From assembly GCF_964204645.1 (NCBI RefSeq), contig NC_134029.1:18346950-18410949 (forward strand): 64,000 nucleotides of DNA, written 5' to 3'. The first letter of the stretch is position 1. Every line of letters starts with the position of its first letter. The translations under genes were made by a program, and so were the position numbers. The notes beneath the pieces were generated by a model. That model was given only the letters and a program-made list of their open reading frames with translations. It was not told where the DNA came from and did no database searches. Below are positions 35,568 through 47,246 of this stretch, piece by piece. This DNA is from Tubulanus polymorphus (Eukaryota; Animalia; Nemertea).

Positions 35568-38500
35568 ATGCTGTCATCTCACGCCTGGGCTCTTGTCCTA
35601 TTGGGACTTGTTTTCTACGATGGTACAGGTAAGCCGGAAATGTTTTAGACCAATTGATATGTTGTTTTTTCCATAAACTTTGGTCGGAGGGGTTGTTTTC
35701 GGTTTCAATGATATATGATATGATATATGATTTATTTTCTCCACAATTTCTTTTTATAATTCACAAAATCTATAAGATTGATAACATGGAGAGGGACACA
35801 AAGCTTTGATTAAAGTTGTACACAGCTGCAAGTGCTGAGGCTAGGAGCCCCTCCATTACCCTCACTTGACAGGGGGGTTGTTTTCCATTTCAATTACCCT
35901 AACTTGACAAAACCAAACATCTTTCAAATCGTGGTATCGATTGTCTCGTTTGCAGCTGCTTCAAGCCAGGTATCAACTGCATTTCGTGACGTAGCCGTTG
36001 ACCATAGCAAACGTCACCCGGACATACTGGCGTACCGCGTTAATCTAGATGGAGATAACTACGTTCTACGACTCGGCAGACGTGATCACATTGACGCGAA
36101 CGCGCCCGTTTATGTTGCCGATGAAGCCGGAAAAGTAGCTGAATATTCCACCCAGGTGAATATGAATATAAGATAAATTCGCCGATTAAATTTGCTGTGT
36201 CTGCCACAGGCTTTGATAAGATGTAGCGATTCGTTTACAGGATAGTGATTATGCAGCCTACCAGGATCCCGATACTAAGACCGCAGTGTTGGTATCTGCC
36301 ACCAAGAGAAGCGATGGCACCTACAAGCGACTTCTGGTATAAAGTCGAAAATTTCTTTCAATTGTATCAAAAGTTACACCTGTTGGAATGCCTTAGGCCG
36401 CATGCAACATGCAATGTGAGAAGTACGAAATCAGTATATATGGAGTAAAAATATCTTGCAATTTCTGCAAAATTGCTTTCAGGATGGGACCATTCCTGCC
36501 AAAGAAAACGGCTACGAATATTTGGTGTCGTCAATCGACAATGAAAAAAATGAACACAATTTCATTAAACGCAAAGTCCCAGGTTCTATAGGAGGTAGGT
36601 TTGTGCATCCTCGTCCATCGCCTACGATCTCAGGGCCGCTTGCAGGAAAACCCGGTTGGCGCTTCTCGTGGTTAGTAAACTGTTGTTAAGCATAGATGGG
36701 CGCAGGAAATCGTGGTTAGACTAACCTTAACACTAATCACCCACGATTTCATACGGATTCTCATGCAGAGGAGCTCTAAGTTAAAGGCTAGATTAACAGT
36801 ATTTCGTTTACTGCACCCGCCACTGACATTGTGGATGAAAATATTTTCTAACGTAATATGCATACGTACTTGTATATTGCTTATGTTAATTCGTTTCGAT
36901 GGTTATTTCAGGCGACGAGCATCTCGCTAAACGAATCAAAAATGTCTTAAAATCCAGTACTTCAACCGCTGATAGTATCAACAAACGCGGCTCCAATTTC
37001 AACTTTAATTACAACAATAATAGAAATACAAATTCCAATAGAAATATTAATTACAATAGCAACACTAATTATAATGGGAATACTAATTATAATAGCAACA
37101 CTAACATCAATAGGAACACTAATTATAACTATAATAGCAACAATAATCTTAAAGACGTTTGGGGTCCTCATTTCAACTGGAACACTTACGATAACTGGAA
37201 TAGATATCTGAAAATTAATAAGAATGATCGGACAAGATATACGGTGGACATCCTGGTTGTATCCGACTATGGGATATGGCTCAAGTAGGTCCGATAAAAG
37301 ATGAAATGATTTATATTTCCATTGAATATTTTGTATATTCGGCTGTTTTTGCGTCCTATAGGTTTGCAGACATGGGCTCAAAATCGGACAGAATTTCGGC
37401 AATCAAGAAACATTTTACCGGTGTAATCAATGGGGTATGTCTTATTGTTATCTTACAGCCTACTACTAATTGCAACAATCATTTCTTAATTTCTTCTTTT
37501 TTGTGGATCGTTGTTTTCTTTTTTCAAAAGGTCGACCTCCGATACTCGAGTATATACGGCACCGATTTTATATTGTACGTAAGACTCGCCGGGTTCTACA
37601 TTGCTCAGGTAGGCATGACCATCTCAGTCTTTTGACCTGTTAACTGAACTTTCCATTCGTTGGATATGGTACTTGTTGCGTATAACGTACGTCCTTGAGA
37701 ATTGAAAACAACTTGTCGAAAGTCAGCCCAATTTTGGAACCTAAGAAAAGACCTCAGAAAAATGAATCCCTATTGCTAATTTGGAAATCAAAATGAATTC
37801 GCTATATTCCCGTGTCAGAAACGTTCATATTTTATGATGAAATCTTGTTGAAATAGGAAGCAGCTCAATCGCCGTTCACCGAGGATCCGGGTATTCAGTA
37901 CAGTAACATGTTTGTAGTCAACAAGCGGGGAGATGAAAGTGAATCGGAAGGTAAATTTGTTCAACCATAAACTGCTCTAACGTGATGGCACCGCTAGAGT
38001 CGGCCATGGCACGAAAGCCTGCCCGTCTAGCGCGAGTGCGCATGTACGATACATAATAATTTCACGGATAAATGAAAAAAAAAACTGCCTGAAATAAAAC
38101 AGGATTTTTGATTGGCTTATGATAATTGGCTAATATAGTATACGTATGGAATCGGCCCGTGGCATAGACTAGCCTGTCGAGCAATTGTAGTCTCAATTCC
38201 ACCAGGTTCGAATCCCTACTTAGGTAGAATGAACATAAGATGCCAAAGATGGGAAATCTGCTTTTTCTTTATTTTCGTGTCTTACGTGAAGTTCTACCAT
38301 TTTTTGTAGATCGAGAAAAACGAAATACCAACGTTAATATCAATACGAATATCAACCATAACGTTAACGATAACGGCATGTTCGGGTGGGCGGATAGATG
38401 TGCATGGTTGACAAAGCGTGGTAACAACAATAACAACAACAATAACAACAACAATAACAACAACAATAACAACAACAACAACAATAACAACAACAATTGG

Positions 38501-40986
38501 AATTGGAATTCTGCTCATTGCGTAACAGTTGCCAAAAGAAGCTTTGAGGAACTGAAAAAACGAAATAGCAACACAAATATCAATACTAATATCAATAGTA
38601 ACATCAACAGCAACTTGAACTGGAATGCCAACCATAATTGCAACTGCGTGCATATCTACGTGAACTTAGCATTGAATAGATTTAGGCGATGGGTCCTAGA
38701 GACAAAGCTCCCTGTACACAACCACGCCATGATGTTTACCGGGTAAGTATGAGGCTGCAAATATTTCACGTGATTATGAATTGCATTCCGCTTAAGGTAA
38801 TTTCTTTGCATTGTAGTTATGATGTTCATATCCGCCCCGGAGATCGTACATTAGGTACGTGAAAGAACGCATAATGACTCGCAAATTTACTTGGAAGACC
38901 CATATAACAATACGGTATATTTTCATCTACTGCAGGTGCGACCTACTATAAGAGTATTTGTGAACCATCCAGCGTTTCGGTCATTGAGGCATTCGGAGGC
39001 ATGACTTCCATTGGTATCGCTGCTCACGAACTTGCTCACAGGTACGTACATGTAATCATTAGTATTCTACGAACTGTCTTATTTGGATTAGTCCACGCAT
39101 TCGCCCATCCTTCCTGGGCAGAGATATCCGAACCTAATGGCATCGTTACACTCAACCGCAGCACGAACCGTGGCAATCTCGATGCTTGGAGAAATCATTC
39201 AATGACACCTAGCTCGATGCCATCAGGTTCGAATCCCCGCCGTGGAAGGATGTCATTCACCTTGTACATTACCGTTAACTACATGTTGTCTATTGGTGTT
39301 TCTTTAGTTTGGGAGCTCAGCATGATACCGGAAAATGTTTCAATAAAAACTATATCATGTCCCCTTACACTGCAATGAGATCGCCACAAACGCCACTGAA
39401 TCCATTCAGCTTCTCGCCTTGCACCAGCAGCCAGATCGACGCATTCCTAAAAAAACTCACACCGTACGTATCAAAATCGAGAAGGGTAACAGCATAGAAT
39501 AAAAAGAAATGGAAATTGTTAGACAAATGCAGGAATGTTCTTTGAGATTCGTCATATCGTACGCCCCATGACAATATACTTTCGACCGAGTTCTAACATG
39601 GTTAAAATCAGACAGTATTGTTGGTTAGGTTGACTTATATAATCATGGGTAAAATTGTTTCCGGTTTGTTAACAGGAATTGCCTGAAAGTGAATGTTGGT
39701 GAAAATGAATGGAACAATGTTCTGGAGAAGCTGCCCGGAGAATTATTCGATGCTAACGACCAATGTCGACAAATATTTGGGGACGATTCGTATTATTGTG
39801 AGGTAGGCCTAACACGCGATACGTAAAATATGCGATACTCAGTATAGCGGCCAGGAAACCTCAATCCGTAAACGTAATGCAACAATTTATTTCTTGGTAT
39901 CGATTACATCAGTTTCAGATATTACTTTAGTATGGTTTCTTTCAGATAAATTACAAACAACTTACTTAATAGTTCATCACCGCTTAGCTCATCTTGCTCT
40001 TCATTGCTAAGCTAGAAAATCTTGGTAATATCTTTTTCGCTGATCACCTTTTAGAAATCCCATTCTAATGTTGTTTGCGCCAAACTGTGGTGTTTTGATC
40101 CGAATCGAGGCCGATGCAGCGATACATATGAAGCCGCAGCTACTGGTACAAGATGCGCCGATGCGAAAGTACGTTTTCTTAGAAATCTTAATTGTTTAAT
40201 TGAATACTAAATAACTGAGTCATTTCAATTTTGTCGTTTATCCTTGACAGGTTTGCCATAATGGAAACTGTGTGAGTGACATGCGACACGTCCGTAAGTA
40301 TTAAATCATTATTTTAGTGCTGCTTGATATTTTGATATTTTAAGGTAACATTCATTCGTTCTAATTTTACAAGCGCATCATTTCGTTGCCGCATGCCCCG
40401 AATATATTTCAAACATTCTCGTCTGCTGAATCTTACTTACGGTGTGATCCTATTGCTGCTGTTTCAGAATGCTCCGATGACCCTAACTTCAGGACCAACT
40501 TCAAGTATTGTTCTCGCATGGGAGGCCTGGAATGCACGACTAACCCTCTGGTGAAAAAGAAATGTTGCGCGTCCTGTAAGCGATTTAAAGGTTGGACTCC
40601 TCGTAAGTAATGATGCCTTAAGCACATATGGCTCGATCTTCTGTAGGTGCCAATGGTGCAAATATGAACATGGGGTGGACATTTCTCCCAAAGCCATCCA
40701 TGATTCCATAGATTGGCACAGAAACGCTATAAATATATTTTTTATCTTGTCTTTTTCCAGTCCCACCTTGTGTTGACAATCCTAATTTTTCTTATTGGAG
40801 AAAGTCGTGCACAAACATGAACCCTCAGTGGTGTGCAAGATATTCGAAGGTCCTTGCGAACTGTTGCGCAATGTGCAGGGCACACGCTACGGGAAACCCT
40901 AGTAAGCAAACGTATTACAGTTAAACATCTATAATCACTAATTTTGGATTAATTGATTCAAGAATCTGTTTTTTGCTCTAGATTGA
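35568..40986 (+). CDS. Secreted M12B (reprolysin/ADAMTS-like) zinc metalloprotease with Asn-rich inserts, Cys-rich domain and two C-terminal ShK/PLAC-like modules; ~18 exons
   Basis: Signal peptide MLSSHAWALVLLGLVFY; prodomain; YTVDILVVSDY; HNHAMMFTG; HELAH|SLGAQHD spliced across 39041/39308; Met-turn YIMSP; LPGELFDANDQCRQIFG; AATGTRC..KVCHNGNCV; CSDDPNF...KKCCASC and CVDNPNF...NCCAMC; stop TGA 40984-40986. Confidence 0.88.
38423..38497 (+). repeat. Coding (AAC/AAT)n microsatellite encoding poly-Asn
   Basis: About 25 consecutive Asn codons in frame within exon 38310-38742. Confidence 0.95.
39165..39250 (+). mobile_element. tRNA-derived SINE-like head (related copies ~38152-38225 + and ~62400-62460 -)
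   Basis: B-box GGTTCGAATCC in all three; ATGCCATCAGGTTCGAATCCC shared by the 39217 and ~62428-62448 (minus) copies. Confidence 0.5.
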
Positions 40987-42289
40987 ATATTTATTGGAGT
41001 CAAATCATCGAATACCGGTATATTTATTTCCAATATGATTTTCAAGAATGTTACAGTACAAATCATAGAAATCTACTTTGAGCACAAAATATTCCACGAT
41101 CTCAAAGTAAATTAAACTGAATGTGAATAAGTTTAAATTTCTGTTTTTGATTCATCATTTATAGCTTTGTATAAGATATGGAAAAATATGTGATTATTTT
41201 TTCGACTAGATATCATTACAAAAAAACATCCTATATAACTATTTCTTAAAATTCTATCGGCGTCTCTATTAACAGATAAATCGCTCTCTTTTTTGAGAGT
41301 GAATGAATTTAGATTTATTGTTTGTTTAACTCTCAATTGTAGAATGCCCTTATGGTGACGATACGGGTAATTTTGGATGGGGAAGAACTTGTGCAAACGC
41401 TCGACAGAAAAACCTTTGTCGCTGGAATTCTTATCAACGTAAATGCTGTGTAGGCTGCGCTTAGAGCCACGCGTTGAGAGATGACATGACAGTTGGAATT
41501 TTCTCATCGGATTGTTATCATTTTGCCAAATAAATTAGAATTTCGGAAAAACAGTATATGTATTAGGTGGAAGTCTTTTATATTACTGTCGTCGAGTAAC
41601 TGAGCCATAATGGCAATATACTTCAGACTCGGTATGTTAATGAATGGTGGCCGCCACGAGAACGCACACAAAATCAGTTCGTATATTTCACGTACACATT
41701 TATGTACAAAATTCAAATAACTTTATTGACCCGTAACGTAAACATTTACATTCTAGGGATGAACACAATCAAGAAACAAATAATATACAAAGGAAAATAC
41801 GTACACTGTGAAACAAAAACACGCACACACTGTGTTCCGTTGGAAATCTTTGTTGTTCGGCTATAGTGTGCGTCAGTGGTCACATCAAAATAAGAAGCAG
41901 TGAAATCTGGAAATAATGGCTACAAGAATATCGACATGAAGTAGTCAATAGTCAGAGGAAATATCGAGGCAAATTAAGAATGTTTGAAGATAAGGAGAGT
42001 TGATATAGTAACAGCCTGTGTATGTTTTTCACCCATTATAACCGAAATTTGAGCAAACATTTTTTTCAACCAAATCATTCGAAATTGGATAAACTTGCTG
42101 ATGCTATTCTTTTTTCCTCTTTAAACCTGATGCTTTTCTTTTTTCTCTAACACATCCAATTAGTATATATAAATATGACACTCGAGAAATTCTACACTCA
42201 CTATAATTGCAGTGCATCTACTCGATCACTCAATATCATTTTTGGTATGTTTTGACTGGTATAGCTATATATTATATATAACTCTAATT

Positions 42290-43303
42290 ATGGCGAACCT
42301 ATCAACGTCCGACCAGTGTGATTCTTACACAATGCTATCTTCAGTTATCAGATATCATATTGAGGTTTACGCTGTACCTCCGCTACTCACTTTAGGTTTC
42401 ATATTGAACGGTATTACCTTCGCTGTTTTCTACAAACAGAAAGTAAACAACCGCTGTTATCACCTGCTCAAATGTCTGGCAATTGTCGATTCTTCGTTTC
42501 TAGTCGTTTATTTTTTCCAAGGGCCAGTTCGCTATATTATCGGTTTCAAAGTTCTCGGTAAGGTTATCTTTCGAGTCGGCAGTTTTTCGGTGATGCCTCG
42601 AATTTTTCTGGGTCTTGTTCTATTATCTAAAAGCACTCTTGCTTTGCGCAACTGGTTAAATGCAGTAATACCCCTCGAGCGCCTGATCACAATTAGTTTT
42701 TACTTCAAAGCGAGAAATTGGAAAAATTCGCATATTGACCTGGCCTTAGTACTGCTAACCTTACACTCTATCGTTTTGAATTCGTACTACCTTTTCACTC
42801 GTGAGGTTGGAACAACCACAAATTACAAATGTGTTCCACTTGTAAGAGCTTTACCGCCTACAAATATTAAACTTTACAGAGTTCTGAATAACGTTGTTAA
42901 TCCAATTCTATTTGTTATGCTGCCAACTAATCTGGTTCTATTTATCAACGCTTTACTACTTATCGTGGTATCGATTACATTAAAAGCGAGGTCGAATATT
43001 CATTCGACTAAATCACTGACTAGTCTCGACAAAAAGACTATTAACATGGTCATAGGTCTGGCAGTTGTATTCTTTATTTTAGAATCACCGAGTTCACTAT
43101 CTCAATTCATTAAAGCAACAAAATTCCCTTTACATAAAACGACATCAATAACAAACATAGTAATTCTTAACAGCGTCTCCGCTGTTTCATCTTTATTGGA
43201 TTCATGTGTGAATTTTTTCGCATACTATGCGATTAACCGAAAATTTCGACATACTCTGCATGGCATTGTGATGACTAGCAACAAAAATCTGGTTTCTTTG
43301 TAA
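42290..43303 (+). CDS. Intronless class A GPCR, copy 3
   Basis: ATG at 42290 (MANLSTSDQC) aligns with paralog starts; 337 aa. Confidence 0.9.
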   Translation: MANLSTSDQCDSYTMLSSVIRYHIEVYAVPPLLTLGFILNGITFAVFYKQKVNNRCYHLLKCLAIVDSSFLVVYFFQGPVRYIIGFKVLGKVIFRVGSFSVMPRIFLGLVLLSKSTLALRNWLNAVIPLERLITISFYFKARNWKNSHIDLALVLLTLHSIVLNSYYLFTREVGTTTNYKCVPLVRALPPTNIKLYRVLNNVVNPILFVMLPTNLVLFINALLLIVVSITLKARSNIHSTKSLTSLDKKTINMVIGLAVVFFILESPSSLSQFIKATKFPLHKTTSITNIVILNSVSAVSSLLDSCVNFFAYYAINRKFRHTLHGIVMTSNKNLVSL

Positions 43304-44041
43304 TATATCGTAACAGTATGAGGTATGCGCTGCCATTTACTTCGGAGTAATCATTTGTAATAATGATAATAATGATTTTATTTCCACAATAAATTACAAC
43401 GTGCCATAAAGAGAAATTCAAAATATACGCAATTTTGAAATATTTTGATATAATGTGGAGGAGATTAGATGAAGCCAACAAAGGCTTCTTAAAGTTTCTA
43501 ATCCCCCAGCGCACACAGATTCGCACAGACATGCACACATCTAATACGCATATGCAGCCATATACCTTCACCAAACATGTCACGCACACACTCACGCGGA
43601 CAGTCACACGATCCTGCATGCACTCTTAAACTCTGGTCACATATAATAATAATAATGTTTATTCTTATATGGCAGATAAAGAAGGATTATAGCTTAATGG
43701 ATAATCGAGACATTTTTCAGACTTTTTGGCAAATTGTTCCTCTCAACGGCGCTCCATAGATCTATACAGAAAACTGTGTTTTGGGGGTCCTTAATCGAGC
43801 AATCCGAAAAAATTATTGTTTCATGTTGAATACGAGTGTTTATCTATATTCCCTTGGTAGTAATGATTAAAAGGTTGAAGGGTCGAAAAAATAAATTCTC
43901 GCACGCTCGAATTTATTTTTTCGACCCTTCAACCTTTGACCTGAACAAACACTTTCCTATTTACTTTAATATTTTTATAAATGAATATTTTATATATGAA
44001 TTACTTCTGAAATCAATTTTAATAAAATATTTGATATCAAA

Positions 44042-44254
44042 ATGGAAGCAAATAAGAAGTACTGCTGTCCAACATGTAAAATCAATATAAATAAATCTCA
44101 AAAAGCAAGACACAATAAAACTAAATCTCACTTAGATAATAAATTGAAATTAGAATATAAAGATGATATATTAGAAACTAAATTAGATGAATTAAAGAAT
44201 GAAAAAGAAATATATAAATGTGATACTTGTAATCAATCATTCAGTAACCAATGA
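44042..44254 (+). CDS. Small zinc-finger ORF (virus-like), probably truncated
   Basis: CPTCKININKSQKARHNKTKSH and a second KCDTCNQSF motif cut by TGA. Confidence 0.5.
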   Translation: MEANKKYCCPTCKININKSQKARHNKTKSHLDNKLKLEYKDDILETKLDELKNEKEIYKCDTCNQSFSNQ

Positions 44255-44304
44255 GGTTAAAATTTATTCTAGTTAATCAATTTTAATAAAAATATATATT
44301 ATAA

Positions 44305-45010
44305 ATGGAGGAACAATCACAAACTATCAATGTAAACAATAATAATGGTGTTGTAAATATATACTATAAGAAATGTTCTAAGCGTGAAATAAATAAATCA
44401 TTAGCAGAATTTGATAAAGATGAAAATAAGAAAGATGGTAAAAGTTATTATCGCAAAAATTGTCGTAGACTATATATGATAAATAATATCAAACAAATGA
44501 TACTGAAAAATGCAAAGCTAATAATAAACAATGGAGAGAAATTCATCCAGATTATATGACAGAATACATGAGAGAATGGAGGGATGATAATAGAGAATAT
44601 TATAAAGCGTATCAAAATAAATATCAAAATGAAAGATATCAAACAGATTTTAATTACAAGTTGAAAAAATGTTTAAGATCTAAAGTATCAAAATTATTCA
44701 GCAAAGACAAACACTCAGAAACACTATCTAATTTGCTAGATTGTTCGGATGAATTCTTAAAATCATGGATTGTTTATCAATTCGACGATAAAATAAATAT
44801 AGATATTTATGGTGAATACTTTCACATTGATCACGTGTTACCAATATCTAAATTTGATATGGATGATGATTATAATAAAAAGTTAATTTGGAATTGGAAG
44901 AATCTAAGACCACTCGAAAAGAAAAAAAAATATGATTAAACATGACAAACTAGATTTACAATTATATTTAGATCAGTTAGATAAAGCAAAGAAATCCATT
45001 GAATTATGGA
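44305..45010 (+). pseudogene. HNH-family endonuclease of large-DNA-virus type, frameshifted
   Basis: KKCSK(R)EINKSLAEF..KDG..(R)KNC Zn ribbon with Cys-to-Arg codons, helical YMREWR..YQNKY..ERYQTDFNYKL, then LLDCSDEFLKSWI...HIDHVLPISKFD...WNWKNLRPL..KKN. Confidence 0.75.
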
Positions 45011-45261
45011 ACAATGACCCAAATAATGAACAATACGTTGAGGAATTTAATAGTTAATGCATTAGTAACTTCTAAACCAGTTTTATTTTTGATTGGAATT
45101 GACCATGCGTATCTACTGAATATATCTATAACATTTAATATCCAGAAATATTCTTTATTGTATTCTTCTAAGTTTTTCATATCAAAAAGTAAATATGAAA
45201 GTGTTTGTTCAGGTCAAAGGTTGAAGGGTCAAAAAAATAAATTCGAGCGTGCGAGAATCTC

Positions 45262-45400
45262 CCCAGGTGTCAGTGGTGCAAGTGGAAATTTCTCCCAATG
45301 CCATCCAGGATTCATAGATTGGCACAGAAACGATATTTTTTATCTTCTCTTTTTCAGTCCCTCCTTGTATTGACAATCATAATTTTTCTCATTGAAGTCG
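45262..45400 (+). pseudogene. Duplicated fragment of the metalloprotease 3' intron/exon
   Basis: Matches ~40644-40807 (ATTTCTCCCAA.GCCATCCA.GATTC.ATAGATTGGCACAGAAACG...CAGTCCC.CCTTGT.TTGACAATC). Confidence 0.75.
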
Positions 45401-45410
45401 GGCGCAGTGA

Positions 45411-45680
45411 TATGGTGGCTGATTCGGGTCATACTAAAAAAATTTTCTGTACGGCTAAAGCAACGATAAGAAATCTTTCACATTGGGCCGTTTTTTGGTT
45501 TTATCGCGCGAGAATTCAAAAAGTTTGGTTTTCTCGAGCGAGAATTCAAAACGTTTGGTTTTCTCGCGCGAGAATTCGAAACTTTTAGAATTCTCGCGGG
45601 AGAAAATCAAACTTTTTGAATTCTCGCGCTAGAAAACCAAAATGTTTTGAATTCTCGCGTGAGAAAACCAAACTTTTTAC
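45411..45680 (+). mobile_element. Miniature element sharing its terminus with 33000-33171; ~30-bp GAATTCTCGCG repeats in head-to-head orientation
   Basis: TATGGTGGCTGATTCGGG...AAAAAAATTT(T)CTGTACGGCTA start; repeat orientation flips near 45585. Confidence 0.7.
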
Positions 45681-46259
45681 TATTTTTGTACCTCTGAACA
45701 GCTGAACTATCATAACAGAATTCGATGTTATGATAACTGATAATGGCAAAATAAACACGTGGCCAATGTATAACGCAAAAAGTATGAACTGGCCAAATAC
45801 CTCGTGGTAACATCGAATATGGTCAGAGAACTTCATTACTACTATCGGCGGAATGCGCATCGGGCGAATCTTGCTGGTGTACATCGTGACGTGACCGGGA
45901 AGAGCACAACTGCCGCGCGTTCCGGAGATGTGCTACTACTAGACGCGGCAATTCCCATTCACATTCCATAAATTATACAACTAATCAGTGAATCCACTAT
46001 AAATAAAGGACCAATGCTTAGATACAAGAGATTGATCTACAATACAGGCATCTGCGTATGATCAATAACAACCACAGATTTTTCACTTAGGTATTTTGAT
46101 GAAATTCAAATTCATTTGACCACGAGAAAATATTTTTGAATTTCAACGAGTGGATTGAATAACTCTGAAATTGCATTCGTGAAATTTAATATTCAATCGA
46201 TATCGTAGAGATTGTGTTACTCAACTTAGACGTTCGACAGCGAGGTATATTCATCATTC

Positions 46260-47246
46260 ATGGCAAACTTGTCGACGTCCGATGTGTGTGAATCTTACAC
46301 AATGTTATCAGCAGTTGTCAGATACTAAGTCGAGGTTTACGCTGTACCTCCCCTTATCACTATAGGTCTCGTATTGAACGGTCTTTCCTTCGCTGTTTTC
46401 TACAAACAGAGATCCAACAACCGCTGTTATCATCTGCTCACATGTTTGACAGTTGTCGACGCTTCATTTTCGATCTTTGCATTCCTTCAAGGCCCAGTTC
46501 GTTATATCATCGGTTTCAAAGTTCTCGGTAAGGTTATCTTTCGAGTCGGCAGTTTTTCGGTGATGCCTCGTATTTTTCTTGGTCTGGTCATTTTCAGTCA
46601 TAGTCTTATTGCCATACGAAACTGGCTAAATGTTATCATACCTCTCGAACGTCTGATCACGGTAGCTTTTTATTTCAAAGCAACGAATTGGACAAATTCT
46701 CAAATTGACCTCACACTATTGTTTATATGTTTAAGTGTTGTCGTGTGTAACTCGTATTACTTTTACACGCGCAAAATTGGAATGACCTCGAATTACCGTT
46801 GTGTCCCACTTGTCAGAGCATTGCCAGCTACAAGCCTTAAACATTATAAAGTTTTCAATAATATCGTGAATCCAATTCTATTCGTTATGACGCCCATATT
46901 TTCAGTAATGCTTATCAATGCTTTACTACTTATCATAACATCGATAAAATTAAAAGCCAGGTCAAATATGCATTCGACTAAATCGATGACTCGTCTCGAC
47001 AAAAGGACTATTAATATGGTCACATGTTTGGCGCTGTTGTTTTTCATTCTAGAATCTCCAAGTACATTAACTAAATTCATAACGGCAACGAAATTTACTT
47101 TGCATAAAGTGGCGAAAATAACAAATATAGTGATTTTGAATAGCGTGGCAGCAGTTTTGTCAATCTTGAATTCATGTATCAATTTCTTCGTATACTTTGC
47201 AACCAATAGGAAATTTAGATACGCTCTGAAGCGCGGTCGTAGCTAG
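46260..47246 (+). pseudogene. GPCR paralog with a single premature stop
   Basis: ATG 46260; codon 23 is TAA (46326-46328) where paralogs have Tyr/His; remainder open to TAG 47244-47246. Confidence 0.85.

Larger units (their letters stand above)
43870..45258 (+). mobile_element. AT-rich TIR element with terminal hairpin, zinc-finger ORF and decayed HNH endonuclease
   Basis: ~62-bp TIRs at 43895-43956 and 45197-45258; extra hairpin arm 43870-43897; internal ORFs 44042-44254 and 44305-~45010. Confidence 0.8.

Noticed and set aside
38152-38225. Functional tRNA gene
   Set aside because: B-box present but no convincing cloverleaf; treated as SINE-like.
38269-38653. Minus-strand poly-Leu, poly-Val and poly-Cys ORFs
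   Set aside because: Antisense shadows of the AAC/AAT repeat.
42212-42289. N-terminal extension of GPCR copy 3
   Set aside because: Starts at a GTG; paralog alignment puts the start at ATG 42290.
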